Source of the DNA: Trichosphaerium sp. ATCC 40318
Taxonomy: Eukaryota; Protista; Tubulinea
Direction of reading: 5' to 3'
NCBI GenBank assembly: GCA_038496445.1
Contig: JALMLS010000374.1
Location: 186,001 to 250,000 of the forward strand
Length of the DNA stretch: 64,000 nt
Shown here piece by piece: positions 1-12,066 of this stretch. How positions within the stretch are numbered: the stretch's first letter is position 1; the number at the start of each line of letters is the position of its first letter. A program made the translations under genes and the position numbers. The notes beneath the pieces were generated by a model. That model worked only from the letters and a program-made list of their open reading frames with translations. It made no database searches and had not been told where the DNA came from.

Positions 1-1
1 T

Positions 2-124
2 TCTTTGGATTACGAGAGACAAGGTAGTTGTCAGATTGTCTTTGAGGAAGGTCCAGATATAAGCGCTGCTCAAAATTCAATGAAAAGGTTCAGTGTTATT
101 GACAGAGAAAATAAAAACTTGTAA
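2..124 (+). CDS. Possible 3' end of a gene entering from the left edge (...SLDYERQGSCQIVFEEGPDISAAQNSMKRFSVIDRENKNL*)
   Basis: Open frame from base 2 to TAA at 122-124; no recognisable domain. Confidence 0.3.
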   Translation, partial: SLDYERQGSCQIVFEEGPDISAAQNSMKRFSVIDRENKNL

Positions 125-446
125 GAGTTTCTTCTATGGAAGATTTAGGTTGTTTCAAAATTAACTATTTGATCACGTGTATTGAGTATGAAAACCGGGA
201 CCATAGTTATAGACACTACACTTTGAGTTATAAGATATGTAATGATATTTATGTAATAGACAAGCAACTGTGTTCGACGCCAGTCAAGTTATTAATAATT
301 AACAATGAAATCAACAATAATATTGATAACTTGACTGCTGTCGACAATAAATGAGGAGAACAATTGTTCTTATACGACATTGTTACAACAGCGCATGTTT
401 TGGAAAGCTCTATTGTACTACTTTATTTATTAGCGACTTTAATGAT

Positions 447-591
447 AATTCGTAACCGTTTCTGTTGTGGTTAAGATGAAAGTTGTTGTCTTCACTTGTA
501 AGCCACCGGACACTGTTTTTTAAAGTAAGTGTAGGAGACCAGTTTGGATGAAAAAAACAAAGTCCGACATGTTGACTCAATTTGACAAACT
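447..591. repeat. Dispersed repeat copy 1, with internal stem-loop
   Basis: Shares aattcgtaaccg, ttgtaagccaccggacactgtttttt and aaaacaaagtccgac with 1517-1645. Confidence 0.85.
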
Positions 592-818
592 ATTTTTAGT
601 GAGTTGATTTTTGTTACAGTTTGCCTTTACTATTGTATTAGTTTGATAAAGATCAAACATACGAATAATTTTTGATTGATGTAAATCAAGCAGAAAAAAC
701 AAGTCATTCTTTGACTATGTACACGGTTTGAATTCCAAAAAGATGAGCATATACAAAACATACAAAGTATAATGGAATGTTGAGGGGTTTATTGGCGAAA
801 CAATAAACGAGCTGTTGG

Positions 819-1135
819 TTAATCTTCGCATATAAAGAATTTTCTGCCGTTAATTTTTCTTGATTGAGTACCACAGCCGCGCTCTTCGCATGACAGGCAT
901 TTTTTAGAACTTGTTTTTGCAGCTATACCAGGGTACTCCTTTTGAGGGCAATGCTTGTTTTTATGCTTACATAGCTTAACTCCATTATCACTGCGAACTA
1001 AACCCTTCATTAAATCAAAAACACAAAAGCGAGTTCTAAAGACATACCGTATCTCCTGGAGCATTTATAATCACAGCCTGATTTGACAAAGCATAGCAAG
1101 CAAAGAAATACGGCAAAGAGTAGTAAGAGTTTCAT
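819..1135 (-). CDS. Small secreted cationic Cys-rich peptide, 88 aa, 2 exons (1135-1048, 997-819)
   Basis: Removing a 50-nt GT-AG intron (998-1047) gives MKLLLLFAVFLCLLCFVKSG-CDYKCSRRYVRSDNGVKLCKHKNKHCPQKEYPGIAAKTSSKKCLSCEERGCGTQSRKINGRKFFICED*; signal peptide plus 8 Cys. Confidence 0.8.
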
Positions 1136-1516
1136 TTTTAAGGGTGTAGTTGTTTGTATTGTTGGTGTTAAAGAACAATGCTAACTTAAGTGAGATATTA
1201 TCTATTTTTAAGTTTGTGATTCCTCAATAACTTACTATTAACTTCTACGCTCATTGGGGTACCCAAAGAAGTGAATGGAATTAAAAATGAAACAAATTAA
1301 GTATCGGGGAAATAGTTACTACCGGACAAACTCCAAAAAACACGTGCACCGGAAAGGTAGTTTTATGATTGACACCTTTGAGTAGGTACTTAGGAAGCAC
1401 AACCAGCACCTCGATTGAGCGTGCACAATCAGAATAGACTTGTTTTTTCCAAACGCCTGATGACAAACAACATTACCGATAGAACTTAACGACTAGCTCA
1501 TTTTACCAGCTATTAC

Positions 1517-1645
1517 AATTCGTAACCGGTTGGGTTGAAAATGAGGCTTGTCGGCTTCATTTGTAAGCCACCGGACACTGTTTTTTCCATCCAAACTTCT
1601 CCTACACTTTACAAAACAAAGTCCGACTTGTTAAAGTGACAAACT
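1517..1645. repeat. Dispersed repeat copy 2, core inverted relative to copy 1
   Basis: Direct similarity to 447-591 except 1587-1610, which is the reverse complement of 528-550. Confidence 0.85.
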
Positions 1646-2798
1646 CCTCACTCGGATGCTTGAAGTACCTCAAATTGTTTCTTGAAGTTTTTTTTTTCGT
1701 CAAAAACAAGAGGATAGCCCCACTTTATTCATAATAATAATTACAAGATAATTACATCCCAGCTTGCCTGATCAGGCTCCGAAATTTGTTTTCACAAATT
1801 TTGGAGGGCCACATGCCAGTGTCATACCATGATATAACCTAAATTAAACCATAGGAAAGACATCCACTTGTACTTAGGAATCTTATGTTTCACGTCATTC
1901 CTTATAGTCCATGTAAAAGCCATATAGCACCTAAACAAAACAAAGTAGCAGGTTTTTTACATTTGATTAAATTTTGCTCGTTAAAGCAGGTATGTTAAAT
2001 TCTTCTAAGAGATCAGATAGTACTTCTCTAATACTAGCAACAACTTCCCAACCGTAGAATAACTCTTCATGTTTTTATGGAGGCATAGCGTCTTTGATAT
2101 TAGTCACAGGCATTACTCTCATTATCACTCTCCATATAACATCTCTAATATAATTTGCTGATTTAAGCTCTAACACAAATTGTTTCTTGAGATCACAACA
2201 TTGAGATTAATGGTAGCGTATTAAATTCACCAATGAATAGATTTTGAATGAAGATGTGCCACATTTCAAGCGTTTGGTTGGACTTAAGACAAGACTGACG
2301 ATACAACTTCAGACAGCACCCTATAAAATCCTTTTAGTTTTGTTTTCCTTTTTCTTTCATCAACATTGCATAGAGAAATTGATCTATACCAATCGCACTG
2401 TGTCAATACCGGTTTCAATTCAGGAACGCTGTAATGTGACACATGCAACTTAAAAAAGGTCCAACTTCTAAGCACGTGATTTAAACGCACGCTGCTCTAC
2501 ATAGCTCACAATTCGGGTAAATAACTAATAATATGTTTTAGGCAAAAAAGGGCTACCGGCTGAAAGGAGACACAATAGAAGGAATGTGTTACTAGTTCAA
2601 CATTTTGATATCACCCACTGTGCTGCACTATTAAAACAAACTTACTATTTCCTCAGTACTATTTTGAGCTTCCAGTACTTAGTTGAGTATTGTAGCTCTT
2701 AAAGAAGGTCGTAGCTTGTGTCACACAGATTGTAGGCAAGGAAGAAGTAGTAACTTTTCTATTTGTCTGTTTACTGCGCTACTACCCATCAATACACA

Positions 2799-4480
2799 AT
2801 GCAAGCAACAACATCTGGTTCTCACTTCCCTAACAACCAGTTCTTTTCTGCTGGCTTTTGGCTTCTTATAGTAGGATCTGCTGTTGCCTACTTCAAACAA
2901 ACAATGGGCTTTATCGTTGCTATTCTCATCCGTATGTTCTTCACAGAGGTCTGTATCAATGGCGTTGACTCGTCATATGAAGCAGTGCTTGCTTTTATCG
3001 CTGCTTACCCCGAAATGGTCGTTGTATCTGATAGCTTAAACATGGAGATTGACAGCAACTCCAATAAACCTGAAGTGTACACTACAGCCGACTAAGTGAT
3101 GGGTAAGTACTCTGAACCTCTTTCTGTGCGTCCTGGGTATGGATTTCACCTATTCAGGTGGCAATCAACGTTCTATGGCATGGTCGTCAGTAAAGAAGAC
3201 AAAGCGAAGCAAACTATCAACACAATAAAACTATACGCTCTAGGAAACGGTTTAGAAAATGTCAAGGCGCTAGTTAACAGAGCAATGGAATTCATGCGAA
3301 ACGAGACCAAAGACTCTGTAATCATCTATGACGTTTGCATCGTTGGACACCATTACGATTCAGCCGATTAGCGACAAAACCTCAGCGTTCTTTCGAATCT
3401 GTCATTTTAGCGTCTGGCGTTGCCCAAGAGCTACTTGAAGACATGCAACAGTTCTACAACTCCACTGAATGGTATAAAAAGATGGAAGTGCCTTATAGGC
3501 GTTCTTATCTCTTGTATGGAACCCCAGGATCCGGAAAAACAACTTTGATTGGTGCTCTTGCTGCTAAAATGGGTTTAAACATCTGTATCATTGCAACTAA
3601 TGACCAAGCTGTAACGGACAGAAAAATCTTGAAGGCTTTCAACAGTACACCAGCGAATACTATCATTCTGATAGAAGATGTAGATGCTGCTTTTCCAAAG
3701 CGCAATGGTCCAGAAAAACCGTTTCGGAAAGTGACATTTAGTGGCATCCTTAACTGCTTAGATGGGGTTGGTTCTGTGCAAGGACAGGTTATTTTTATGA
3801 CAACTAACAAGTTCGACCAACTCACAGATCCAGCTCTTATTCGTCCTGGTCGTATAGACAAGCTTGTGGAGTTTACAAATGCTTCAAGAGAACAAGCTAA
3901 AAAGATGTATTTACGGTACTTTCCAGAAGAAAAGGATCTAGCTCACGAATTTTCTCAAAAAATTCCTGAAAAAAATTCTCGGGCTATGCTTCAGGGATAC
4001 TTTATTAAACATAGAGATGATGCACTCGAGGCGTCAAAAAACGTTTCTGAATTAATTCTTCATATGAAGTTAATAGAAGAAGCTCAAACACATACAGAAA
4101 AAGAAGAGCAAGAAAAGAAAGCGCATGGACAACAACAAGAACCTGTGTACCCATGTAATGTTACTGTGGAAATTATTAAACAGTATGTCTTAATAAATCC
4201 CTTTATCGTTGCGTCTGTTTAAAATATCAAGGCATTAGGATGGAGTCCGAAAAACAAGGTGCCGCGGTAACTGTGTCCAATTGTGAAGGGAAATCTTGTA
4301 CTAAGAAACGTTATTTATAAGCCTACTGATGGCTATCAAACTAACTTTAAAGCTATACAAGCTGAGATTATAAGATGTACTGCCGCTGTATCTAATATTT
4401 CCTCAACACTTATTATTGTACCACCTAACATTGGTAATAAAACTGTCTATTGGTTCAGTAGTGATTATATTGTAAAATAA
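2799..4480 (+). pseudogene. BCS1-like AAA+ ATPase, disrupted, intronless
   Basis: NQFFSAGF...TM N-terminus, PGYGFHLF, RSFESVIL, Walker A GTPGSGKT, Walker B ILIEDVD, TFSGILNCLDG, DPALIRPGRID; in-frame TAA at 3093, frameshift near 3335, further in-frame TAA at 4220 and 4268. Confidence 0.8.
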
Positions 4481-4525
4481 TTATTTTTATTGAGCATCTA
4501 TCTACAGTTGTTTTCATGAAGCAGC

Positions 4526-5041
4526 TCAGCTCCTCGCTGATGATCTTTTTCGCTTAGGCCATACAGAATGGATCAACTCCTTCTCCCAGTCTGCCAGCTC
4601 TCTTTTTCCATCATTGCATAGACCCATTCTATTGCATGAGTTCGAGTTATACCCAAAAGTGCCGTCAGGCTTTATAGACCACCCACTAACATTAAGTTTG
4701 TCAGTTTTCGGGTTTATTATGTTTTCTTTTCGGCATTTGCCTAAGAGGTTCTGGTGAGCTACAACACGTTCAAGACGTGGGCAGTACTGGCCCTTGCAAG
4801 CAATAATAATAGTCTTTTCCCGTTCGTATACTATCAATCCGCAATACCCAGCTTTGCATTTAGGTGGAACAGCACATGGTCTCCCTTTAAGGGTTCGAGG
4901 AGCAAGTGATTTTTTGTCTGATTTCAATGAAGTGATGAGCAATACGGTGACTGGGTTGTTATCAATCTCCACTTTTGTTTTCTTCCTTGATTTTAATTTT
5001 CTGCCAAGGTCTCTTTCAAGGTCGCTTTTATTTTTGCCCAT
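4526..5041 (-). CDS. Intronless basic, Cys-containing hypothetical protein (171 aa)
   Basis: ATG-initiated ORF with AATAAA downstream; a decayed paralogous 3' end at 45775-45954 supports a real gene family. Confidence 0.7.
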   Translation of the reverse strand: MGKNKSDLERDLGRKLKSRKKTKVEIDNNPVTVLLITSLKSDKKSLAPRTLKGRPCAVPPKCKAGYCGLIVYEREKTIIIACKGQYCPRLERVVAHQNLLGKCRKENIINPKTDKLNVSGWSIKPDGTFGYNSNSCNRMGLCNDGKRELADWEKELIHSVWPKRKRSSARS

Positions 5042-5783
5042 TGTAAGTAGTTTGTTTTTAGTTGGTTGGTTTGTTGTTATTGATGTGTAAGATGTTTGAT
5101 TATGTTGTTGAGACTAATGCAAAGATGTTGTGAATATTCTTAAAACTCATACGAAATTCACCTGAACTGTAAAATCACGTGAACATTGCACATGACCTAT
5201 GTCGTCAACACAAATTTCTCCATTTTAAATCCACGCGATGCACGTGGAGTGGTAATGCTATTGAAAGCTATTACATTCGAAATTATGAACAGTTTGACGC
5301 TAGTTTCCTCCATTTTTTATTAATTCATAGTGAAAACTCAGGTGAACATTGATAATGTCATGCCCCCCGCAATTCCACTGGACGCAGTGTTGATTGTATG
5401 TTATTTCTACGACTGTTCGTTGCTAAGATCATTATCCGTTTTGTGCACTGTTTAAATTAATATGTATGCCATCATTGAAGATGCAAAATGAAACATAAAC
5501 TTATTGCTCGTTCAAACTGTTTATTAACAGCTTTTTACAAACAACGGCCGCTTTGGAACAAACACGCTTAGTTTTGAAGCCCTTGGTAAGGGATACATTC
5601 CACATTTTAACATGTGAGAGGCAATGTTGTTGAGGTAAAAAGGAAAAGAATTTAGGGATAGGCATTCCTTTTTTGGCATTGGACCGTAAGATAGTTTTCA
5701 TACTGTAATTTACGTTGTGACAGCTATTTCCTAGTAAGTATAGACTTGTAGAGTCCTGTTTGGGGTTGAAATGACTTAATGAA

Positions 5784-8766
5784 ATGTTTTTCGTACTGTT
5801 CTTTCCTATCAGCAGCTACTCAGCTATCAACGCATTTAAAAATGTATCGTTTGATGTTGTTTGGTACAATAAACGATTTTTAAACTCAACGCCACCAAAT
5901 AACATCAAAAACCTAGAAATAATGGTATTAGTTAGTATAGCTGGCTGTATTGCAATCCATGCTTTCCCTGCGCCAGCAATTTTTGCAGCGTCGCCGGATG
6001 GACGTCTCGGCGTACTTCAGCCAAGCGATAACATTGGTTGTAACGCAAAGTTTACAGATGTATCCTCAAACGTGTCTGTGTACGTAAAACATCACGTAAA
6101 CTTCATTCACATACCCCCATTACTATGAGCCGCCTTCTTTTTCTAAAATAGAAAGCAATACGAGCTTTTTGACGAAAACTTTTTCGTTTGCGTTTTGATT
6201 GGAACAAAACGTGCCTAAAATACCACAACACAAAAGATTTGAGTACATCTACGCGAAATATACTATCTTCCGCGGTTTGCGTGCTATTTGCAGCTTTCTT
6301 CTTTTTTTTTTTGACTTTTTACTAAAAACGTGGTTACTAGTTGCATATATGGGTTCACATGTCCTTCTTTTGATGAAGCTAGACTAATACCACCTGCGAG
6401 TGCAAAATCAGACGCTTGGATAGCCACTTGCCCCAGAGACTTTACATTACCATTTTCGTTTTTGGATGTATGGAGGTAACGTGTACTTTTTCTAACAATC
6501 AATCAGAAATTCCCAGTTTAAAGATATTTTGTACACTTGGCTATGGTTCTACATTAAGTGCTACAATATATACGCTCAAGTTTCAGTGATATTCACTAAA
6601 GTTCTTTTTTTCAAAATTTTATGTTACATTCCCAAAAAAAAAACCGGCTGAAACTAGTGCTTTTTTTTTAGACTTGAAGTATATAGAAGTGGTGCAAACG
6701 ATGTGTATACTTATACCTGGATAAACATAAATTTTGAATTGCCATTGTATACACAAACAACACATTTTGTGGCATTAGAAGGTGAAAATAGTGATACGTA
6801 TTGTTTTGGGAATGGAACAACAGTTATGATCAAAAATACTTCTTTACCTGAAGGCCAAGAATATGATTTAATGAATGAACTGTACGAAACTTTGTACCTT
6901 ATATATCAATGGATTCTTGCAGGATTATGAAGAGTTTTCTATTGCACATGATGTGCTTCAATCCAAATATCGCAAAAATTTCTTTTCTTCTTTTTTTCGC
7001 TGTTTGTTGTCTGTCTAATACGCTAACTATACTGTACATAGGAAAGGTAAAGTGAACAATTTAGAAGCAGTGGGAAACCATATTTGCATGCCTATAGCAT
7101 TTAATAGTACCTACTTTGCTTACCAATACCTCTCTGCTTCACAATTGCCATTATTTCATGCTACCACAAATATTGAGAGAATTACTGATTACGTAATGTA
7201 CGTGATTGTTTTACCAATGTTACTATTCCTTGACGTGCCTTAACACTTGCAATAGCGTATCAAGTCTACTAAACTATCCCTTTGTGAAGTTACTTAGCAT
7301 AAACTCCGAGAATGCAATAAGGTAATCAACAGCTTGTTTGCAGCCAAGCAAGGTCCTTTTTGAGTAAGCCTTTTTTTTTGTACTAACTTTTCATGTGATT
7401 CTAGGCTGGATACTATCAGCATACTCCTTTATAAGAGGAACATAGAACAACCTTTAGATCCAGTAATATTGGTTGAAGGAACAAGTAGTACAATTGTTAT
7501 TGACGCTAAAATTACAAGAATTAACAATGGATCACTTTGTGTTGTGTATCTTATGTACGTTTTTTTTGTTCAAACGGCATCAATTAAGGTGATCATGTGT
7601 TTATTGCTTCTAACTTACTGCTTAGTGGCGGATCTGAGCTTGGACTGTGGTATTTCTGTGTTGGTACAGGAGGTGCAATTGTGCCTAGACAAGTGAATAG
7701 TGTAGAGAATATTGTTACCTTCTCTGAAATAGATATCTTGCCTAAAGGTAATGACAGCGCTTGGATAGTATTTAGGGTAAGTATAGCTAGTACCCATTTT
7801 TTTTGTATATTTTGGCGAATTGGAAATAGAGGCTCAACACTAGTTGACTAACTAAATTAGTTTGAAAGTACCTTTTTTACTGTACCGATGAATGTGGCAA
7901 ACATCCCTACTGTGGAGCCTACAGCAACTCCAACTACTGAAATCATAGCTACACCTTCAATTATACCAACGACACAACCACCAACGTCTCAACCAACGTA
8001 AGTTTAAACCAATGTTCTGATAGTAACAAACTGTTTTCTCATTTTGTGGTTCAGAGTGATGTGTACTGTTGAAAACCCTGATAGTATATGTGAAGGTACA
8101 GTAATAACATTTAACAATGGGTGGAATATTACAGAGGAGCAAATAATAAGAGGACCAATTATTGTCAACGGTAGACAAGCAACTTATTTTTCTGTTTTTT
8201 GCTCATCCCAGGGTCAGGCGATTTGGATATTATGGATTCAATTATTATTATTGCTAGCGATAGTGCTAATATAACTATAAACGGATGCATATCCACAAGT
8301 ACAATCGTAGAGATTGATATAAACACAACAACATCATCTAAAGATGATAAAACAATATTGACTTGGGATCCAAGTTGCCAAGAACCTTCTTTTGAACTAA
8401 GCGATACATCATTAGAAGGGATCCCATGCGGATCACTAAGTGTTACAGGTATGTACATAATGAATCAGAAAAACACTATTTTCGTCACGTGTTTATCACG
8501 TGATTCTGGATTAGTAGTACCCAACCAAATACTTACTTTTTATACAAGGTAACAAGCTTGTTCTTGTTTTCCAGTCGAGCTGTAATGTACAAGATAAAAG
8601 TGGAATGAGTAGTACGACAAAGTCTATTATTTATGGATCTGTAGCTGCAGGTGTTTTACTGTTTGCTATTGTTATTATAGCTATAGTTCTTTACCTTAAA
8701 CCAGCTTTTATATTCCCATTCTTTAGAAGGCCGCAACGCCCTAAACAAGAGCTGTACACTAGCTAA
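5784..8766 (+). CDS. Multi-exon type I membrane/surface glycoprotein (start uncertain, 5784 or 5922)
   Basis: Hydrophobic N-terminus, many NxS/T sites, Pro/Thr linker (PTVEPTATPTT), Cys-containing ectodomain, TM IIYGSVAAGVLLFAIVIIAIVLYL, stop 8764-8766. Confidence 0.7.
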
Positions 8767-9269
8767 GCTAAAGTGGTGCAAGCCTCGGCAATATTGCTGT
8801 AAAATAAATACAATTTAATGTCTTTTAATATGCTTTTTTTTCTACAAAGTTGGTACTGTGCAATCGTTGGTTAAATTACATACAAATTCTTTAATAAATT
8901 TTAGAATTAATACTTGTACGCTAAGGCCACCCATAAAGATTTTCAGACAAACTTATCCATCTTCGTCATGTCCTGATACGCCGAGCTCGAGACAATGCTG
9001 CCATTCTCTTGCTGAATAAGGCAAACAGCAATCTCCGATACAAACAATGTGTTCGATATCAACTATCCGGCCACTATTTTATCCGCATGACTGTGGTGGA
9101 TTACGTACACGCATATTGTCTAATACACTCCAGAAGGTCAGCTATTAGCGTCGGCCTACCGGGACTAAACGGGTATATTGTTTACACGAAAATAGTTGAG
9201 TTTTCTACGCGAAAAAAAAAACCCGCATTTGATTCTCCGATATCATTTCATTAGAGTTGACAAAAATCA

Positions 9270-10549
9270 ATGACAGACACACGTAAAGCAAAATCATGGA
9301 TATCAGAGCGTCAGCTTATGCTTTTGCAAGCAGGTAAGCTCATTGTTTTAACCAAAAAGCGTTTAAACGATGATTGCGTTATTTAACGCATTGTTAAAGG
9401 TTCTGGACTTGCTTTCAGCACTTTTCTCGTTGGGCATCTATGCACGTCTTTATCTGCTAATATATCGCCTACCGCGTTTAATACATTACAAGTACGTGAT
9501 GTATATGATTTGTAACGTTCATTAGTCGCTTTAACGGTTTTTTGTGCTTACAAGCGTTAGACGTACTTTAGATGGTATTACCAGAACCCATTCATTGAGT
9601 TAACGGCTATAGCGGCATCTTTGCTTGTTCATCAAGCCGTGTCCGCAATTCGTTTGTTAAGACGAAAAGAAACAAAGTATCTACCTCCTTTATCGACAAG
9701 ACTACACCGATATTCAGCGTACGCGGACACTTCTAAACGATAAGCGTAGTCACAACACCCAAAAAACACTGTCATTTGAAACTACTCTTCCGGAACGGAT
9801 TTGGACTATTCTTCTTCAGAAACCAGAGCATAGTCTGCAATACAAAGTGCTCTGAGTTCACTTTGTATTGAAAACACGTGTCAAACATTGTTTTCTCCAA
9901 AAACAACATTTTATTGTTTCTTGGTGTTGTATCTTTACAATGGATGCAACAGTGGCCTGAAAAGACTATTGCTTGCTGTTATGTTACTAACACATATATA
10001 GGTACTTTCTAGGAGGTGTTGTTTTTATGCACGTGTTTGCAACACGTATATTTGCACTAATGAGTGGATCCAACTCTGATTTTTCACTTGTCGCTTTTAG
10101 TATATTCAATTGGCCTTTTGTGTTTTATCCATACTATACACTCCTAGCAGGATGTGGGTACGTTCATATTTATACGTAAAAATACTTAAAAATAATCATG
10201 CAAGTCAACGAACTCACTTTTTTCTTTCTAAAAATAGGTTCTACCACATGACTTATGGTGTACTTAAGTCTCTCAGTTTGTTCGGTATAAAGATACCTTC
10301 TTCGATTAAACCACACAAACCATATATTATTTACGTTGGAGCAGTTGGACTGTTGTTATCAATTTCTACGGTGCGTATCATGCCAAAGTTATGAAATCTC
10401 GTTCAAGTATGTTGATTTTATAAAAATAGGCTATTGCACTTGGTGGTAATTATGTTCCATTGAGTTCTATCGATACATCTCAGTTCCCTGCTTTTAGGGC
10501 AAAATACGAATCATTGGCTCCTGCTTTTTTGTTGCCATGGAAGAACTAG
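9270..10549 (+). CDS. Multi-pass membrane protein, MCP1/DUF1691-like with conserved His
   Basis: Spliced: LLQAGSGLAFSTFLVGHL...YYQNPFIE...LVHQAV...LHRYSAYFLGGVVFMHVFATR...FYHMTYG. Confidence 0.7.
9804..9972 (+). other. Cluster of hairpins in an unusually long intron (candidate structured RNA)
   Basis: Perfect 12-bp stem caatacaaagtg/cactttgtattg (9838-9870), plus gactat/atagtc and tgttgtatc/gatgcaaca stems. Confidence 0.4.
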
Positions 10550-10699
10550 AATGGCCAGACATTAAAAAACATGAATACACAATACCAAACTATAAAATCA
10601 CAAAGCGTTATTCATTGCTTAGAATTTGCGTTATAATTTTATTGTTTCCTACAATTTAGGTAATACAGTAACATCATTTTTGTCTTTTACAAGCGTTAA

Positions 10700-11812
10700 T
10701 CATTGGCAGAGGTGTCTGAACACATTTTGTTCTTGTTTTTCTGACTTTGTCGTTACTACCAAATACTCACTTTACTTTATTCGTTTCTTTATAAAAAGTC
10801 TGCAAGTAGCTCTTCTTCAAGAGCTATTCGTTCCCTTTCTTCTTTTAATTTTTTTTCTTGTTCTTCTTTACCTTGTCTAGCTTTCTTTTTTCTTTCTTGT
10901 TCTTCCTTTATTCTTGAAAGTTGTTCATTTCTTTTTTTTTTTGCTTGATTTCTTGCAATCATTGCATTCTTTCTTCTCTCCTTTTTCTTAGACAGTTGTG
11001 TACGTTTTTTTGAATCCTTTTCTTCTTGAGTTAGTTCCCTTGTGTTACTCTAATAAATTGTAAGTTTTGAACAATAGTTCAGTAAAACGTGCTCCAGAAA
11101 AGCTAAATCCTTTTTGCTCTTTTCTTCTCATTTTATTCTTATGTTGTACTATCTTACGCTGTAAACCAGCTTGATGTTTATCTGCTTTATCTTTTGTTGG
11201 GTTCTTTGTATGTTCTCGTTTGTACCTATTCGATTTAATAGTAGATTCTTGAATAAAACAATACCACAATGGCAAGTCTTCGTCTTTTGCTTCAGCATCA
11301 ACACTGATACTTTCCATTTTCTGTTCCTATAAATGTCAGCTTCCGAGCAATAACCCTTGGTTACTTGTGCAGGTGTATGATTTTCTGAAACTGTCACTAT
11401 TTCTTGGTGCGGAACGAGTTCAGTCTTAAAGACTTGACTGCCAGAGAATAACACATATCGACACTAACATTACTGTATCAAAAAAAAGAAGCAATAAATT
11501 CATGGCAACTACTTACATTTTTACAATGAACATCAGACTGTGGTGTATCTGGAAAGTCCAGCTACCAAAAATAAGTTCGTATGAACCGCTGAGGGTGTTA
11601 TCAAGAGCATTATATACCTTGCTTTCCACAAAAACATTAACACCATCTTTTCTACGCCCTAGCTTACTCTTACATTGTATACAAGTAATTTTAGTATTAT
11701 TTCCTACAATCAAAGTTAAATACTGGGCGTAAAACACTCACTACAGACCAGTATTGGCAAGCCAAAGCAGGGAACCAACATGAAAAAGCAAATGACCTGC
11801 TTTCGGCTCCAT
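10700..11812 (-). CDS. Hypothetical protein with CxxC zinc-binding motifs and Lys/Glu-rich coiled-coil tail (3' end approximate)
   Basis: Exons ITCIQCKSKLG, VHCKN|CRYVLF, RIKEEQERKKKARQGKEEQEKKLKEERERIALEEE; apparent frameshift in a poly-A run near 10935. Confidence 0.55.
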
Positions 11813-12066
11813 TTCGAAAAGTTGAAAGGAAAGTGAGAAGGTGATTGTATTATTTACTGAAAAAATCGATCACGTGATGTTTATGAAACAAATCTTAAGT
11901 TAGAGTTCACAAAAACTAGTTAGGCAAGGATGTGACAATGTATTTTTTTGGGTGAGAGTGAAGAAAATACCACGACAAATCAGATAAAGCAAAACAAACT
12001 TCGGATTTTTTTATTAGCATTGTTAAAGGTTTAACATAAGCTACATTGTATTGTGAATCAAGTAAT

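Noticed and set aside
1960-2490. Coding-like minus-strand segments
   Set aside because: Interrupted by stops with no recognisable domain; cannot support a gene call
3093-3095. TAA reassignment (alternative genetic code) explaining the BCS1-like stops
   Set aside because: TAA terminates many intact genes here, and a frameshift is also present
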